Shown here one piece after another: positions 36,971-47,950 of a stretch of DNA of 64,000 nucleotides. The notes beneath the pieces were generated by a model, which saw only the letters and a list, made by a program, of their open reading frames with translations, ran no database searches and was not told the DNA's origin. Position 1 is the first letter of the stretch, and each line of letters opens with the position of its first letter. Source of the DNA: a bacterium. Its GTDB lineage: Bacteria; Patescibacteriota; Minisyncoccia; Phycocordibacterales; CALRBL01. The position numbers and the translations under genes are program-made. The stretch lies in NCBI GenBank assembly GCA_027487075.1, contig JAIYEG010000002.1:1244-65243 (forward strand). Direction: 5' to 3'.

Positions 36971-38512
36971 TTATCTCAAAATCAAGCTCTTGCCCGTCAT
37001 GAAAGCAGGCTTATCTAGAGCCATCAAACCAAGCACCGTAGGAGCAAGGTCGGCAATTGTTCCAGACGCTGCAATGTGCGTAGCTGTTTTGTCGGAGCCA
37101 GCAAGAATGCAGGGAACAGGATTAATGGTGTGTGCAGTGTGCTTTTTGCCAGTCTCCTGATCAATATTTACTTCAGCATTGCCGTGGTCGGCGGTGACGA
37201 TAGCAACGCCTCCACGCGCGATAAGTGCATCGACGACACGGCCGAGCTGTGTGTCTGTTTCTTCGATGGCTTCGATGATGGCGGGAACATTTGCGGTATG
37301 TCCGACCATGTCAGGGTTTGCAAAGTTAATGAAAATAAAGTCAGTGCCGGCAGCAATTTCTTCGAGCGCTTTATCCGCTATGGCTTCTGCACGCATCTTT
37401 GGTGCGAGGTCGTGTGTAGCAACATCTTTGCGGCTATCAAGAAGAATGTGTTTCTCTTTTTCGTAGGGAGTTTCAACACCGCCATTCAAAAAGTATGTAG
37501 CATGAGGGAATTTTTCAGTCTCCGCGATGTGTGCTTGGCTCTTGCCTGCGTGCGCGATTTCTTTTGCGAGAGTGGTCTCAATAGCGAGCTTTGGAAACGC
37601 AATCTGCACGTGTTCTGCATCTGCTTTGTCGTATTCGGTGAGGGTGACATAGCACAAATTGCGTGATGTTTTCTGGTCACTGATTTTCTTTGAGAGCATG
37701 CGTGCCCGGTCAGAACGGAAATTGAAAAAGAAAATACCGTCATTGTCTTCGACTTTGTATGATGCGCCATTGCTGTCGAGAAAGACAATTGGCTCGATAT
37801 GTTCATCGAGCATTCCAGCAGCATAGAGTTCTTCGAGGACTTCTGATGGAGTCTGACCGCTTTTGGTGTGGCCTTTGCCGTGAAAGATGGCGTCTTCTGC
37901 CTTTGCGAGACGATCCCAGTTGTTGTCACGGTCCATGGCATAGAAACGGCCGGACATGGTAGCGATAAAGCCGATACCCACTTCTTCAAGCACGCTTTCA
38001 ATTTCTTTGAGATACGATGCTGCGCTTTGTGGAGGCACATCTCGACCATCGGTGAAGACATGAAGAGCGAGTTTTTCGACGCCAGCATTCTTTGCAGCTT
38101 TGAGAAATGCAATAAGATGATCTTGATGGCTATGCACTCCTCCTTTAGATACAAGACCCTTCACATGAAGTGTCGAATTATATTCCTTCACATGATTGAA
38201 AAGGGAAATAAATGCGGGATTCTGTGCAAATGCACCACTGTCGATTGCTTTTGCAATACGCACGAGGTCAGTATCAAGGGCGCGTCCTGCACCGATGGTG
38301 GTGTGGCCGATTTCTGAGTTGCCCATCTGACCATCGGGAAGTCCTACTGCAAGTCCTGATGCTTCAAGAAGTGTGTGTGGGTAGGTATTCCAATAGCGAT
38401 CAAAATTCGGGGTTTTTGCCTGAGCAACGGCGTTGTCCTTGCTGTCTTCGCGGTATCCCCAGCCATCGAGCACAATGAGGGCGGTCTGAGTCGCAGTTTG
38501 TGTTTTTGTCAT
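36971..38512 (-). CDS. gpmI: 2,3-bisphosphoglycerate-independent phosphoglycerate mutase
   Basis: LDGWG, GQMGNSEIGH, GRFYAMDRD, DMVGHT, TADHGNAE. Confidence 0.96.
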   Translation of the reverse strand: MTKTQTATQTALIVLDGWGYREDSKDNAVAQAKTPNFDRYWNTYPHTLLEASGLAVGLPDGQMGNSEIGHTTIGAGRALDTDLVRIAKAIDSGAFAQNPAFISLFNHVKEYNSTLHVKGLVSKGGVHSHQDHLIAFLKAAKNAGVEKLALHVFTDGRDVPPQSAASYLKEIESVLEEVGIGFIATMSGRFYAMDRDNNWDRLAKAEDAIFHGKGHTKSGQTPSEVLEELYAAGMLDEHIEPIVFLDSNGASYKVEDNDGIFFFNFRSDRARMLSKKISDQKTSRNLCYVTLTEYDKADAEHVQIAFPKLAIETTLAKEIAHAGKSQAHIAETEKFPHATYFLNGGVETPYEKEKHILLDSRKDVATHDLAPKMRAEAIADKALEEIAAGTDFIFINFANPDMVGHTANVPAIIEAIEETDTQLGRVVDALIARGGVAIVTADHGNAEVNIDQETGKKHTAHTINPVPCILAGSDKTATHIAASGTIADLAPTVLGLMALDKPAFMTGKSLILR

Positions 38513-38591
38513 GGGTGTATTATAACGTATTTTGAATCCCCGATGAACAAGGGCACAATGCCTACGAGAAAGGGTAAGAGTTTAAGATATT

Positions 38592-38747
38592 ATGATGGGA
38601 AATTTTACTAACCTTCAGCTCCAAGCTGATGATGAGAAGTCCGCCGCGGATTCGTGGTTCTGGACCATCTTCATTCTTTTGGTGGTTGCCGTGCTGGGCA
38701 TCATGAGTTACCTGAGCGACATCAAGCTCGTGGAGGTGATCAAATGA
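38592..38747 (+). CDS. Small single-TM protein (51 aa)
   Basis: Hand-translated MMGNFTNLQLQADDEKSAADSWFWTIFILLVVAVLGIMSYLSDIKLVEVIK; ATGA-coupled to next ORF. Confidence 0.45.
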   Translation: MMGNFTNLQLQADDEKSAADSWFWTIFILLVVAVLGIMSYLSDIKLVEVIK

Positions 38748-38941
38748 AGACCTGGGTAATCCAAGTTATCAAGAAGCTTCCACGTCGGTGGCATACGCTC
38801 TTGGTTGGCCCGATTATCATGGCGCTCATGTGCTTCTTGCTCGGAGCGACCGCAGCAGTGTGGGCTATCCTTTGCTCGATCGGCTTGGCAGCGAGCTGGC
38901 TTTTTCGCAAGAGCGAAATCAAGTCGATCGATGGGCCGTAA
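38744..38941 (+). CDS. Small two-TM protein (65 aa)
   Basis: SD GGAGGTG, MKTWVIQ..., followed by GC hairpin at about 38942-38971. Confidence 0.5.
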   Translation: MKTWVIQVIKKLPRRWHTLLVGPIIMALMCFLLGATAAVWAILCSIGLAASWLFRKSEIKSIDGP

Positions 38942-39262
38942 AAAACCCCGCGCCATCACGGCGCGGGGTTCCTTTGTTCTTGGTTTACACAAATATTTGG
39001 TATTATATCTCAGGGAAGTATCTTAGAGCGTACGAGCATCTAGACTCTCGACCCGTGTGCGAATTTATGCGTCAGGATGAAATTCCTGAGCAACCGGACG
39101 TTGTCGCACCACGTGTGCTTCGCCAGTCTTATCGATTCAGCGAGGTTTGGCTGGCGAATCTGGATAAGCTCGTAAACGTCACGCTCACAACGGTGGACCC
39201 AAAAAGCCCACATCAACCCAATGAGGATAAAGGATGATGTGGGCTTTTGCTGTGGAAGGCTG

Positions 39263-40570
39263 TTATGCCTTGAATGCACCTTTTCCAGCAAACACCGCTT
39301 TCTTTCCAAGCGCTTCTTCGATGCGAAGGAGTTCGTTGTATTTTGCAACACGTTCTGAACGGCAGAGTGATCCGGTCTTGATCTGTCCGCATCCGAGTCC
39401 GACCACGAAGTGTGAGATGGTAGTGTCTTCGGTTTCTCCTGAGCGGTGTGACACCACTGCGGTCATACCAGCCTTGTGAGCCATCTTGATGGCGTCGATA
39501 GTTTCAGACACCGTTCCGATCTGATTGAGCTTGATAAGAATCGAGTTCCCAGCCTTTTCATTGATTCCTCGTTCAAGTCGCTTGATGTTGGTCACGAAGA
39601 GGTCGTCTCCCACGATCTGCACTTTCTTTCCAATGTTCTTGGTCATGAGCTTCCAACCATCCCAGTCATCTTCTGAAAATCCGTCTTCGATAGACACGAT
39701 AGGATACTTCTGAAGCCACTTTGAATAGAATTCCACCATCTCAGCTGATGAAAGCTTTCGTTTCTCGCTGGCGAGATCGTAGATGCCAACACCGTTTTCT
39801 TGCTTGTACAGCTCAGTTGCTGCACCATCGATGGCGATAGCAATATCTTTTCCTGGCTTGTATCCCGCAGCTTGTGCTGCTTCGAGGATCACCTCGATAG
39901 CCGCTTCGTTTGAAGGAAGAGAAGGAGCAAAACCTCCTTCATCTCCCACTGAGGTGTTGAGTCCTCGCTTGTGAAGGATTTTCTTGAGAGCGTGGAATAC
40001 CTCGGTTCCCATCTGAAGCGCCTGTGAGAAATTTTTGGCACCAACGGGCATCACCATGAATTCCTGAAGGTCGGTAGACTGTTCTGCATGCTTTCCGCCG
40101 TTCAAGATATTCATCATCGGAAGAGGAAGTGACATAGGCTTTCCGGTCTTCGCGATCTTTGCAAAGTATTTGTAAAGAGGAATGCCTTCAGCGGCTGCTG
40201 CGGCGTGTGCGAAGGCGAGGGATACGCCAAGAATAGCATTTGCTCCGAGCTTTCCTTTGTTTTCTGTGCCATCGAGCTCGATCATCTTGTCATCGAGGCT
40301 CTTCTGGTTGAAAGCTTTATTCTTGAGAGACTTCGAGATCATGGTGTTCACGTTGGTAACGGCTTTCACTACACCCTTTCCTCCGTAGCGTGTTCCGCCG
40401 TCTCGAAGCTCGATTGCTTCGTGAGAACCAGTCGAAGCTCCGGAAGGGACGGCAGCTCGTCCGCGCACCTCCTTTCCTTTGCCGTCTTTAAGGATAACGT
40501 CTACTTCGACTGTCGGATTGCCGCGCGAATCGAGGATCTCTCGTCCAATGATGTTTTTGATTGTATGCAT
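39263..40570 (-). CDS. eno: Enolase
   Basis: [34 protein letters not shown]. Confidence 0.97.
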   Translation of the reverse strand: MHTIKNIIGREILDSRGNPTVEVDVILKDGKGKEVRGRAAVPSGASTGSHEAIELRDGGTRYGGKGVVKAVTNVNTMISKSLKNKAFNQKSLDDKMIELDGTENKGKLGANAILGVSLAFAHAAAAAEGIPLYKYFAKIAKTGKPMSLPLPMMNILNGGKHAEQSTDLQEFMVMPVGAKNFSQALQMGTEVFHALKKILHKRGLNTSVGDEGGFAPSLPSNEAAIEVILEAAQAAGYKPGKDIAIAIDGAATELYKQENGVGIYDLASEKRKLSSAEMVEFYSKWLQKYPIVSIEDGFSEDDWDGWKLMTKNIGKKVQIVGDDLFVTNIKRLERGINEKAGNSILIKLNQIGTVSETIDAIKMAHKAGMTAVVSHRSGETEDTTISHFVVGLGCGQIKTGSLCRSERVAKYNELLRIEEALGKKAVFAGKGAFKA

Positions 40571-40661
40571 AGACTGGCATTATATATGGTGACTGAAAAA
40601 ATACAAAAAAAGCCTCCGTCGCGTTTGCGACGGAGGTCTTTGTTGAGGGGGTTGGTGTTCT

Positions 40662-41021
40662 TCAGTTGACGGGTATCACTTCCAAACCCGCTGGGCGAAT
40701 CTTCACTTTGAAACGGCTTTCTACCGGCATGTCAGTGATCTGCGGGAAAATCGCGTGATCGCTGGCTAGGATAGTATAGCGTTTCGCGGGCGAGACAATC
40801 CCTTCGATGGTCGGGTACTTCGCGAGGTGCTCGCGATAGCTCACGACGCTGAATCCTTTGTCAACGAACTGGCGTTGAGCCTCGATCGTGAACGTGCGGC
40901 TTTCAAGATCCGGCGGCAAGGTGTTCGCAAGCCAGATTGTCGGATCGGGCTTGAGATAGAGGCCGGCAGCAAAGGAGGCGAGGATGATGATGGACGTTAC
41001 GATGAATGTGCGTGCTTTCAT
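40662..41021 (-). CDS. Hypothetical protein with N-terminal TM
   Basis: 119 aa, hairpin at about 40607-40640 downstream. Confidence 0.55.
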   Translation of the reverse strand: MKARTFIVTSIIILASFAAGLYLKPDPTIWLANTLPPDLESRTFTIEAQRQFVDKGFSVVSYREHLAKYPTIEGIVSPAKRYTILASDHAIFPQITDMPVESRFKVKIRPAGLEVIPVN

Positions 41022-41089
41022 TTCACTGTGAAAATATCATTGATTTTTTGCGTGGTCAATGGATATGAAAAAGTAAAAAATGCTACTAT

Positions 41090-41641
41090 ATGAGCATGCC
41101 TGAAACATCAAAAAACAAATGGATTGCGGTGGTGGTAGCCCTCGTTATCGTCGCTCTTTTCTTTGGAGCATTTTTTATTTATTCATTTACAAACAAGTCG
41201 CCTAGCATGACTGATACATCTCTTGAAACTCAGTCACAGCCAGTTGAGCCTGTAGACAGTTTGACTAATAATCCTAATTCGCTTACAACAACTACTATGA
41301 CAACAACACAAGAACCAACAAAGCTCGTGATCGAGGATGAGCGCATCGGAACAGGTGCTGAAGCAAAGGCTGGCCAGCAGGTATCAGTAAATTATGTCGG
41401 AACCCTTACCGATGGAACAAAGTTCGACAGCTCATATGACCGCGGTGAACCAATCGTCTTTACGCTCGGAGTCGGACAGGTGATCCAGGGATGGGATCAG
41501 GGACTTCTCGGTATGAAAGTCGGTGGAAAGCGAAAGCTTGTCATCCCGTCTGACATGGCATACGGAGCACGCGGAGCAGGAAATATCATCCCACCTAATG
41601 CAGCGCTTGTATTTGAAGTCGAATTGGTCGGAGTAAAATAA
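41090..41641 (+). CDS. FKBP-type peptidyl-prolyl isomerase, membrane-anchored
   Basis: [39 protein letters not shown]. Confidence 0.93.
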   Translation: MSMPETSKNKWIAVVVALVIVALFFGAFFIYSFTNKSPSMTDTSLETQSQPVEPVDSLTNNPNSLTTTTMTTTQEPTKLVIEDERIGTGAEAKAGQQVSVNYVGTLTDGTKFDSSYDRGEPIVFTLGVGQVIQGWDQGLLGMKVGGKRKLVIPSDMAYGARGAGNIIPPNAALVFEVELVGVK

Positions 41642-41651
41642 TTTAGAAAAG

Positions 41652-41686
41652 AAAAGCAATGCGACGTGCGTCGCATTGCTTTTTTT
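41652..41686. terminator. Bidirectional intrinsic terminator
   Basis: AAAAGCAATGCGACG-TG-CGTCGCATTGCTTTTTTT between convergent genes. Confidence 0.8.
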
Positions 41687-41712
41687 CTTGGTGAATTGGC
41701 GGTGTTTCGGAT

Positions 41713-41991
41713 TTAGAGGTTGAGCGCGGTGTGAGCAGCTCGAATCATGTCCCATTGTTCTGGTGTGATACCACATGCCCCAGGATCACAGGCCATGAGG
41801 TGCTTTTTCAGTTCAGAGTGTTCGTAATCTGCTGTATTTGCCAGCCACCATCGAGGGGGATTTCCTTTTTTGATGGCAAACCTCATGCATGTGGGTTTAT
41901 TCTTGCCGAAGATGACAATGTGAACGCCGCTAGAGCGTGAGGGTACGCCAACTTGGTAAATTATGCTAGGGTTGATTTTCGGAATATTCAT
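41713..41991 (-). CDS. Hypothetical protein
   Basis: 92-aa ORF between FKBP and tgt. Confidence 0.45.
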   Translation of the reverse strand: MNIPKINPSIIYQVGVPSRSSGVHIVIFGKNKPTCMRFAIKKGNPPRWWLANTADYEHSELKKHLMACDPGACGITPEQWDMIRAAHTALNL

Positions 41992-42040
41992 GACTAAGGG
42001 TGCTTGAATTCTTGTTCATATAATCATATAACTGTAGTAC

Positions 42041-43258
42041 GTGCCAGCTATAACATTCACTATCAATAAAAAGCTCGAAGGTACGCTCGGACGTGCCGGA
42101 GTACTCGAAACAAAACACGGAAGTCTACAGACTCCGTGTTTTGTGACGGTCGGTACGAAGGCCGCTGTAAAAGCGGTGATACCAGAACAGGTAAAAGATA
42201 CCGGTGCTCAAGTGGTGCTTTCAAACACGTACCATTTATATCTTCAGCCAGGTCACGAACGTATCGAGAAAGCTGGTGGGCTCGGCAAATTCATGAATTG
42301 GCAAGGCCCCACCATGACCGACTCGGGAGGTTTTCAGGTGTTCTCACTCGGTTCTGCATATGGAAAGGGAATTGGAAAGCTTCTCAAGCCCTCAACCGAA
42401 CCTATTCTTTCTGCTGCTCCTGAAGATGCAAAGCCGAAGCTCGTCGACATCGACCATGATGGTGCGATGTTTCGTTCGCACCTGGATGGATCCGCACACT
42501 ACTTCACGCCAGAAAAGTCGATCGAGATCCAGCATGCGATCGGCGCCGACATGATTTTTGCGTTCGATGAGTGCACCTCTCCTATGGAACCGTTCACCTA
42601 CCAGCGCCAAGCGCTTGATCGAACACATCGTTGGGGAAAGCGCAGCTTGGAATATCACAAGAGCAAGCCGATTTCTGAAGTGCAGGCATTGTTTGGAATC
42701 GTGCAAGGAGGACGTCACGAAGAGTTGCGTAAAGAAAGCGCGAAGGTGACTGCGGAGACGGTCGCTTCAAATGGCGAAGGCTTTGATGGGTTCGGTATTG
42801 GGGGATCGTTTGCAAAAGAGGATATGGAAACTGCGGTGCGTTGGGTGAATGAGATTCTCCCTGAAGAAAAGCCTCGACACCTTCTTGGTATTGGCGAGCC
42901 TGAAGATCTTTTTATGGCTGTTGAGAATGGGTGTGATCTCTTTGATTGCACTGGTCCCACACGTCTTGGTCGCACGGGAACGGTCTACACCAGCACTGGT
43001 AAGATGCATCTTCACAATGCGGAGTTTCGTGATGATTTTACGAAGCTCGATGCTGCCTGCGATTGCTATACCTGCACCAACTATACGCGTGCATACCTCT
43101 CACATCTATTCCATGCAAAGGAAATGGAGGCAGGAACCCTCGCTTCAATTCATAACATCCATTTCATTGTGAATCTTGTTGATCGTATGCGTGAGGGAAT
43201 CCTCGATGGGACATTCCATGCGATCAAAGAAAATTTTTTGAAAAAGTATAAGGGATAA
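42041..43258 (+). CDS. tgt: tRNA-guanine transglycosylase
   Basis: NTYHL, TDSGGFQVFSL, FGIVQGG, CDCYTC zinc site. Confidence 0.95.
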   Translation: MPAITFTINKKLEGTLGRAGVLETKHGSLQTPCFVTVGTKAAVKAVIPEQVKDTGAQVVLSNTYHLYLQPGHERIEKAGGLGKFMNWQGPTMTDSGGFQVFSLGSAYGKGIGKLLKPSTEPILSAAPEDAKPKLVDIDHDGAMFRSHLDGSAHYFTPEKSIEIQHAIGADMIFAFDECTSPMEPFTYQRQALDRTHRWGKRSLEYHKSKPISEVQALFGIVQGGRHEELRKESAKVTAETVASNGEGFDGFGIGGSFAKEDMETAVRWVNEILPEEKPRHLLGIGEPEDLFMAVENGCDLFDCTGPTRLGRTGTVYTSTGKMHLHNAEFRDDFTKLDAACDCYTCTNYTRAYLSHLFHAKEMEAGTLASIHNIHFIVNLVDRMREGILDGTFHAIKENFLKKYKG

Positions 43259-43313
43259 GGTAGTGTGGGGTAAAACCTTAACCTCTAACCAAAGAAAGGA
43301 AATTGTTCATAAT

Positions 43314-43813
43314 ATGAGTCTTGAAATTGAAAGGAAGTTTCTCTTCATCAATTTTGATGAAGTGCTTCCTCGTGCCACATCTTTCGTCGACATCGAACAG
43401 ACGTATCTTAGTTGTGGTGATGAAACTGACGTCGAGTGTCGGGTAAGGAAGGTGACCTCACAAACTGGTGAAGTAACATTTACCTACACGGAAAAAAGGA
43501 AAACCCCAAAAGAGGGTAAGAGGGAAGAGGATGAAATCTCTATCATTAGTGATCAGTATGTGAAGTATCTGAGAAGCCAGGATCCAATGCGCAGACCATT
43601 CAAAAGCGTCGCTACTTGGTAACTCAGAATCTAAATGTGCTGGAAATTGATGTCTATGAGGGTCGACTTAGCGGGCTCGTCGTGCTTGAGGTGGAGTTTC
43701 AGAATAGCGAAGAGTCGGTACAGTTTGTTCCACCACCCGAGTTCAATCTCATTGAAGTTACGGGTGACAAACGCTACTCGAATAAGCAGCTCGCAAGGAA
43801 TGGTCTTCCTTAG
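43314..43813 (+). pseudogene. CYTH-domain protein split by a 1-nt frameshift near 43596
   Basis: EIERKFL, IEQTYL in frame 1; IQKRRYL...EIDVY...LEVEF...YSN in the -1 frame. Confidence 0.75.
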
Positions 43814-43827
43814 CATTGAGCAAAAAC

Positions 43828-43862
43828 AAGCGCCGGCGGAGTGAATCCGCCGGCGCTTTTTT
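43828..43862. terminator. Intrinsic terminator
   Basis: AAGCGCCGGCGGA-GTGAA-TCCGCCGGCGCTTTTTT. Confidence 0.8.
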
Positions 43863-43878
43863 GTGAGACATTAGGGTC

Positions 43879-44247
43879 TTAGGCGGGTTCTCCCACTAGG
43901 AAACCCCATCCGCTCGCTTTTCCATAGAATGGGCAAAGGAGGTATTCTGTTTTGTTTTCCCGAACGACCATTGTCGATATGTGATGGCTTGAGGCGGTGT
44001 TCCGGTACGCAGCTATAGGGCGATGCAGAAGAAGCTCTCTTCTTTCCCACCCAAGTCGCTTTATAGCGGGGGCAACACAGAGTAGACTTTCGGTGCTCTC
44101 ATGTTCAAAATGGTATTGGAGAGCGAGAGATGTGATATCGGCGATATCCCACACTCCTTTTCCTACAATGATCATCATCCTCCTCCTGCCTTTGGATCCG
44201 AAGCAGCCAAGGTCGGTTGTAATAAAAGAACTCATGATGACTACCAT
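43879..44247 (-). CDS. Hypothetical protein
   Basis: Distal part of the 214-aa ORF; start uncertain. Confidence 0.35.
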   Translation of the reverse strand: MVVIMSSFITTDLGCFGSKGRRRMMIIVGKGVWDIADITSLALQYHFEHESTESLLCVAPAIKRLGWERRELLLHRPIAAYRNTASSHHISTMVVRENKTEYLLCPFYGKASGWGFLVGEPA

Positions 44248-44338
44248 AGAGTAATCATGAGCTAATATCAAGAAAATGTATAAATAAAAAACAGCGGGCG
44301 GAGAGTGTATCTCCGCCCGCGACGTTCTGATCCTGGAT

Positions 44339-44539
44339 TCACGTTTGGTAAATGTGGTTGGTCCACCGCGGAATCGGGTAAATTGTGCCCCGTGGTGGTT
44401 GGGGCAACTTCCTGCTTCTCTTGAATCGATGACGAATTTGATCGAAGAAAGATTCACCAGGAATTTCATCCAGCGACGGGACATCATGGTCGGGGTCAAG
44501 CTCGAACTCATTTTTCCAGGCACGCGGAATTTCGATCAT
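44339..44539 (-). CDS. Small hypothetical protein
   Basis: 66 aa, SD AGAAAGGAG, hairpin at about 44294-44320 downstream. Confidence 0.5.
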   Translation of the reverse strand: MIEIPRAWKNEFELDPDHDVPSLDEIPGESFFDQIRHRFKRSRKLPQPPRGTIYPIPRWTNHIYQT

Positions 44540-44614
44540 AGAACTCTCCTTTCTTTTGGCTAAGGGTTAAGGGCTTACCATGACAATACCACTCATATAC
44601 GCTATTATCAATCC

Positions 44615-46777
44615 ATGCCAAAAGCTTCAAAAGCATCTCACAACAATGATTCGCCATTCACCATCAGCACGGCATTTGCTCCAGCAGGTGATCAGCCAAA
44701 GGCAATCGCTAGTCTTGTTGATGGACTCAAGAAGGGGTTGCGACACCAGACGCTTCACGGTGTAACGGGGTCCGGAAAGACCTACACCGCCTCACAGGTC
44801 ATTCAACAACACGGCAAGCCAACACTTGTGATCGCGCACAACAAAACGCTCGCAGCGCAGCTCGCTCAAGAGTATCGAGAATTTTTCCCGAACAATGCGG
44901 TGCATTACTTCGTGTCCTACTATGACTACTATCAGCCGGAGGCATACATGCCGCACACTGATACCTATATCGAGAAAGAAGCACAGATCAATGCCGAGAT
45001 CGATCGTCTTCGTCATGCATCTACCCAAGCACTCCTTACCCGCAAAGATGTGATCATTGTTGCGTCAGTGTCATGTATATACGGTTTGGGAAGCCCAGAA
45101 GAATATGAGAAGTCTCACCTCAAGATCGCAAAGGGTGCAACGATGGATCGTGCTGAACTCATTCGACGTCTTATTCATATTTATTTCGATCGTACGAATG
45201 CAGACATGATGCCGGGAAAGTTTCGTGCGCTCGGCAACTCAATGGAAATCATGCCGGTGAACGAACGTGTCATCTATCGCATCGACTTTGGTATCGAAGG
45301 TGCGACGCCAATCATCAAAAGCATTATCAAGATCGACGAAATTACGCGCGCCATCATCGGTGAGATAGACGCATTCTTTTTGTTTCCCGCAAAGCACTTC
45401 GTGACCCCTGAAGATGAGCGTGAACGAGCGATTAAGGATATCAAACACGAACTCGATGAGCGTCTTGAGGTACTCAAGGCAGAAGGAAAACTTCTTGAAG
45501 CAGATCGCTTGAAGCGCCGCACCACCTATGACCTCGCGCTTATCAAAGAAGTGGGATACTGCAACGGTATCGAAAACTATTCACGACATTTTTCTGGTAA
45601 GGCACCTGGCGAAGCGCCGGATACGTTGCTTTCATATTTCCCACACAAGAAAGATGAGAAGGGAAATCTAGTTCCCGATTTCCTTACTATCATCGACGAG
45701 TCGCATGTGACGGTGCCACAGCTCAATGGAATGTATGCTGGTGATCAGTCGCGCAAGCAGAGTTTGGTGGATTTCGGTTTTCGTTTGCCTTCTGCTCGTG
45801 ACAACCGCCCGCTCAAGTTCCCTGAGTTTCTCGAACGTACCGGTCAGATTGTGTACACCACGGCAACACCCGGAAAATACGAACTTGAACACTCACAAAA
45901 TATCGCAGAGCAGGTCATTCGTCCGACCGGTCTTCTTGATCCTGAGGTTGAAGTGCGACCGATTATTTCGATGGCGCCCTTCGAAGGGCGCCATTACAAG
46001 GGTCAAATTTTCGACTTTATTGATGAAGCAGAGCGCACGATTGCAAAGGGATTTCGCGTGATCGCAACGACGCTCACCAAGAAGATGGCAGAGGACTTGA
46101 GCGAATTTCTGAAAGAGCGAAAGATCAAAGCTGCGTACATCCACAGCGACATCGAAACACTGGAACGTATCCAGATCCTCACTGAGCTTCGCAAGGGTAC
46201 CTACGACATCATTGTGGGAGTGAACTTGCTTCGTGAAGGACTTGATCTTCCTGAGGTGGCGCTCATCGGTATTCTCGATGCTGATAAGGAAGGCTTTTTG
46301 CGCTCGGAGTCGGCACTCATTCAGACGATTGGTCGTGCCGCGCGAAACTCTGAGGGAAAAGTGATTTTGTATGCCGAACATATAACCGGCTCGATGGAAC
46401 GCGCACTGAATGAGACAAATCGCCGTCGTACGCTGCAAATCGCATACAACAAAGAGCACGGCATCACACCAAAGACGATCATTAAGCGTATCAAGGATAT
46501 TACAGAAGACATCGAGAACGAACATCAGAAGACCATCAAGACACTCCTCACGATGGACGCTGAAGCATTTGCCAAAGATCCGAAGAAAGTGATTAAGATG
46601 AAAGAGCAAGAAATGCAGGAAGCGGTGAAGGAACTCGATTTCGAAACGGCAGCGTTGTTGCGAGATGAAATTAAAGCACTTATGGAGGGAACAGTGAAAG
46701 CAGAAAAGAAAGCTGCAAAAGCAAAGAAGGAGGCGAATAAAGGAATTCGTGGAAAGAAACAGGATTTGCGCGGATGA
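44615..46777 (+). CDS. uvrB: Excinuclease ABC subunit B
   Basis: GVTGSGKT, YFVSYYDYYQPEAY, DESH, QTIGRAARN. Confidence 0.97.
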   Translation: MPKASKASHNNDSPFTISTAFAPAGDQPKAIASLVDGLKKGLRHQTLHGVTGSGKTYTASQVIQQHGKPTLVIAHNKTLAAQLAQEYREFFPNNAVHYFVSYYDYYQPEAYMPHTDTYIEKEAQINAEIDRLRHASTQALLTRKDVIIVASVSCIYGLGSPEEYEKSHLKIAKGATMDRAELIRRLIHIYFDRTNADMMPGKFRALGNSMEIMPVNERVIYRIDFGIEGATPIIKSIIKIDEITRAIIGEIDAFFLFPAKHFVTPEDERERAIKDIKHELDERLEVLKAEGKLLEADRLKRRTTYDLALIKEVGYCNGIENYSRHFSGKAPGEAPDTLLSYFPHKKDEKGNLVPDFLTIIDESHVTVPQLNGMYAGDQSRKQSLVDFGFRLPSARDNRPLKFPEFLERTGQIVYTTATPGKYELEHSQNIAEQVIRPTGLLDPEVEVRPIISMAPFEGRHYKGQIFDFIDEAERTIAKGFRVIATTLTKKMAEDLSEFLKERKIKAAYIHSDIETLERIQILTELRKGTYDIIVGVNLLREGLDLPEVALIGILDADKEGFLRSESALIQTIGRAARNSEGKVILYAEHITGSMERALNETNRRRTLQIAYNKEHGITPKTIIKRIKDITEDIENEHQKTIKTLLTMDAEAFAKDPKKVIKMKEQEMQEAVKELDFETAALLRDEIKALMEGTVKAEKKAAKAKKEANKGIRGKKQDLRG

Positions 46778-46854
46778 TTGATAAGAGTGGTTTGGTGTGG
46801 TATTTTGAGAAAGAAACCGTGCCCAGTAAGCACGGATTTGTTCACTTCAGTCTT

Positions 46855-47478
46855 ATGATACCCACTATTGTTTTTGCTGGCCCTCCCTGTGGCGGCAAAG
46901 AAACCCTTCAGCGAATACTGCTTTCGCAGTTCATGATCGATAAGCCCATAGGTGTCGGTGATCTGTGCCGGCGTGAGGAGGACGAACAATCAGACCTTTG
47001 GAAAGCTGCATCAGCCCACATGAGCAAGACTCGTTCCACACTTTGGCCTGACGAGCTCATTGCTCAACTTTTGGGAAATGTAATCGAGACAAGCTTACGG
47101 GAAAGTACCGCGCTGGTTTTTGATGGCTTTCCTCGGAGCCGACGTCAGATCAGTCTTTTTACGGGTGTTGCTAAATCTCACGGGCTTACGAACGTCTTGC
47201 TCGTGCACATCCATGCGAAGGATAGTGCATGTATCGAGCGTGCGGAGAAACGGAAACGTCCTGATGATGTGAGGATTGTTGAGCGGCTTGCTGAGTACAA
47301 CTCGGAAACCGTTCCAGCAATCGAGCAGCTTCTCGGAATGAATTCTATCCTCCCAGTGCAATACCTGCGTTTCGACGGGAATCAACCTAAGCAGCAGGCA
47401 CTCGAGAAGGGTGCGAAGTTCTGTCGAACAATCGGCGAATTGCTTGAGTTGGTTCCTCGGCCAGTTATGGCTCTCTGA
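46855..47478 (+). CDS. Adenylate/nucleoside monophosphate kinase-like
   Basis: GPPCGGKET P-loop, GDLCR, FDGFPRS, RPDD short lid. Confidence 0.75.
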   Translation: MIPTIVFAGPPCGGKETLQRILLSQFMIDKPIGVGDLCRREEDEQSDLWKAASAHMSKTRSTLWPDELIAQLLGNVIETSLRESTALVFDGFPRSRRQISLFTGVAKSHGLTNVLLVHIHAKDSACIERAEKRKRPDDVRIVERLAEYNSETVPAIEQLLGMNSILPVQYLRFDGNQPKQQALEKGAKFCRTIGELLELVPRPVMAL

Positions 47479-47501
47479 GTCTCGTTAGCCCTGACTGTAT
47501 T

Positions 47502-47540
47502 GCGCCGCCCCACCGAAAGGTAGGGCGGCGCTTTTCTTTT
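47502..47540 (+). terminator. Intrinsic terminator
   Basis: GCGCCGCCC...GGGCGGCGC followed by T-tract. Confidence 0.75.
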
Positions 47541-47950
47541 TTAAAAAGCAGGAGTATGATTTTATTTTAGACCAGTTGCAGTCCGCACACTGGCTTGAAC
47601 CTGTCACCAAAATATCAATGCACGAAATTACTGCTTCCCTCAGTGGACACGAAGATGATATCCATCACGGAAAAGAAGTCAAAGGGAGCTTGGTCGATCC
47701 TCAACCACGCCCCGCAGGTACGGACCATCTTAAGCCCCACACTCCACCACGGATGAAATTTCCCCCAGCTGGTCGTCGACCTGCTGGTGGCGATGATCAT
47801 CCTCGTGTCCCATTTGGTGCTGTCCCCACCAATTAGCCTTTTCATGGGCACCACCCTCTCTCCTGCACGCGATGTGTACGGGGAGGGGGTGGCTCTTTTT
47901 ATATAAATATACATGCAATACAGAGCGCTTCGTGCTACCATACCCCTGAT

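Noticed and set aside
39067..39237. 56-aa ORF downstream of eno on the opposite strand
   Set aside because: No SD, motif or other support.
45893..46609. 238-aa minus-strand ORF
   Set aside because: Antisense shadow of uvrB.
47576..47836. Pro-rich 72-86-aa ORF upstream of uvrA
   Set aside because: No motif or clear start; may be real but is unsupported.
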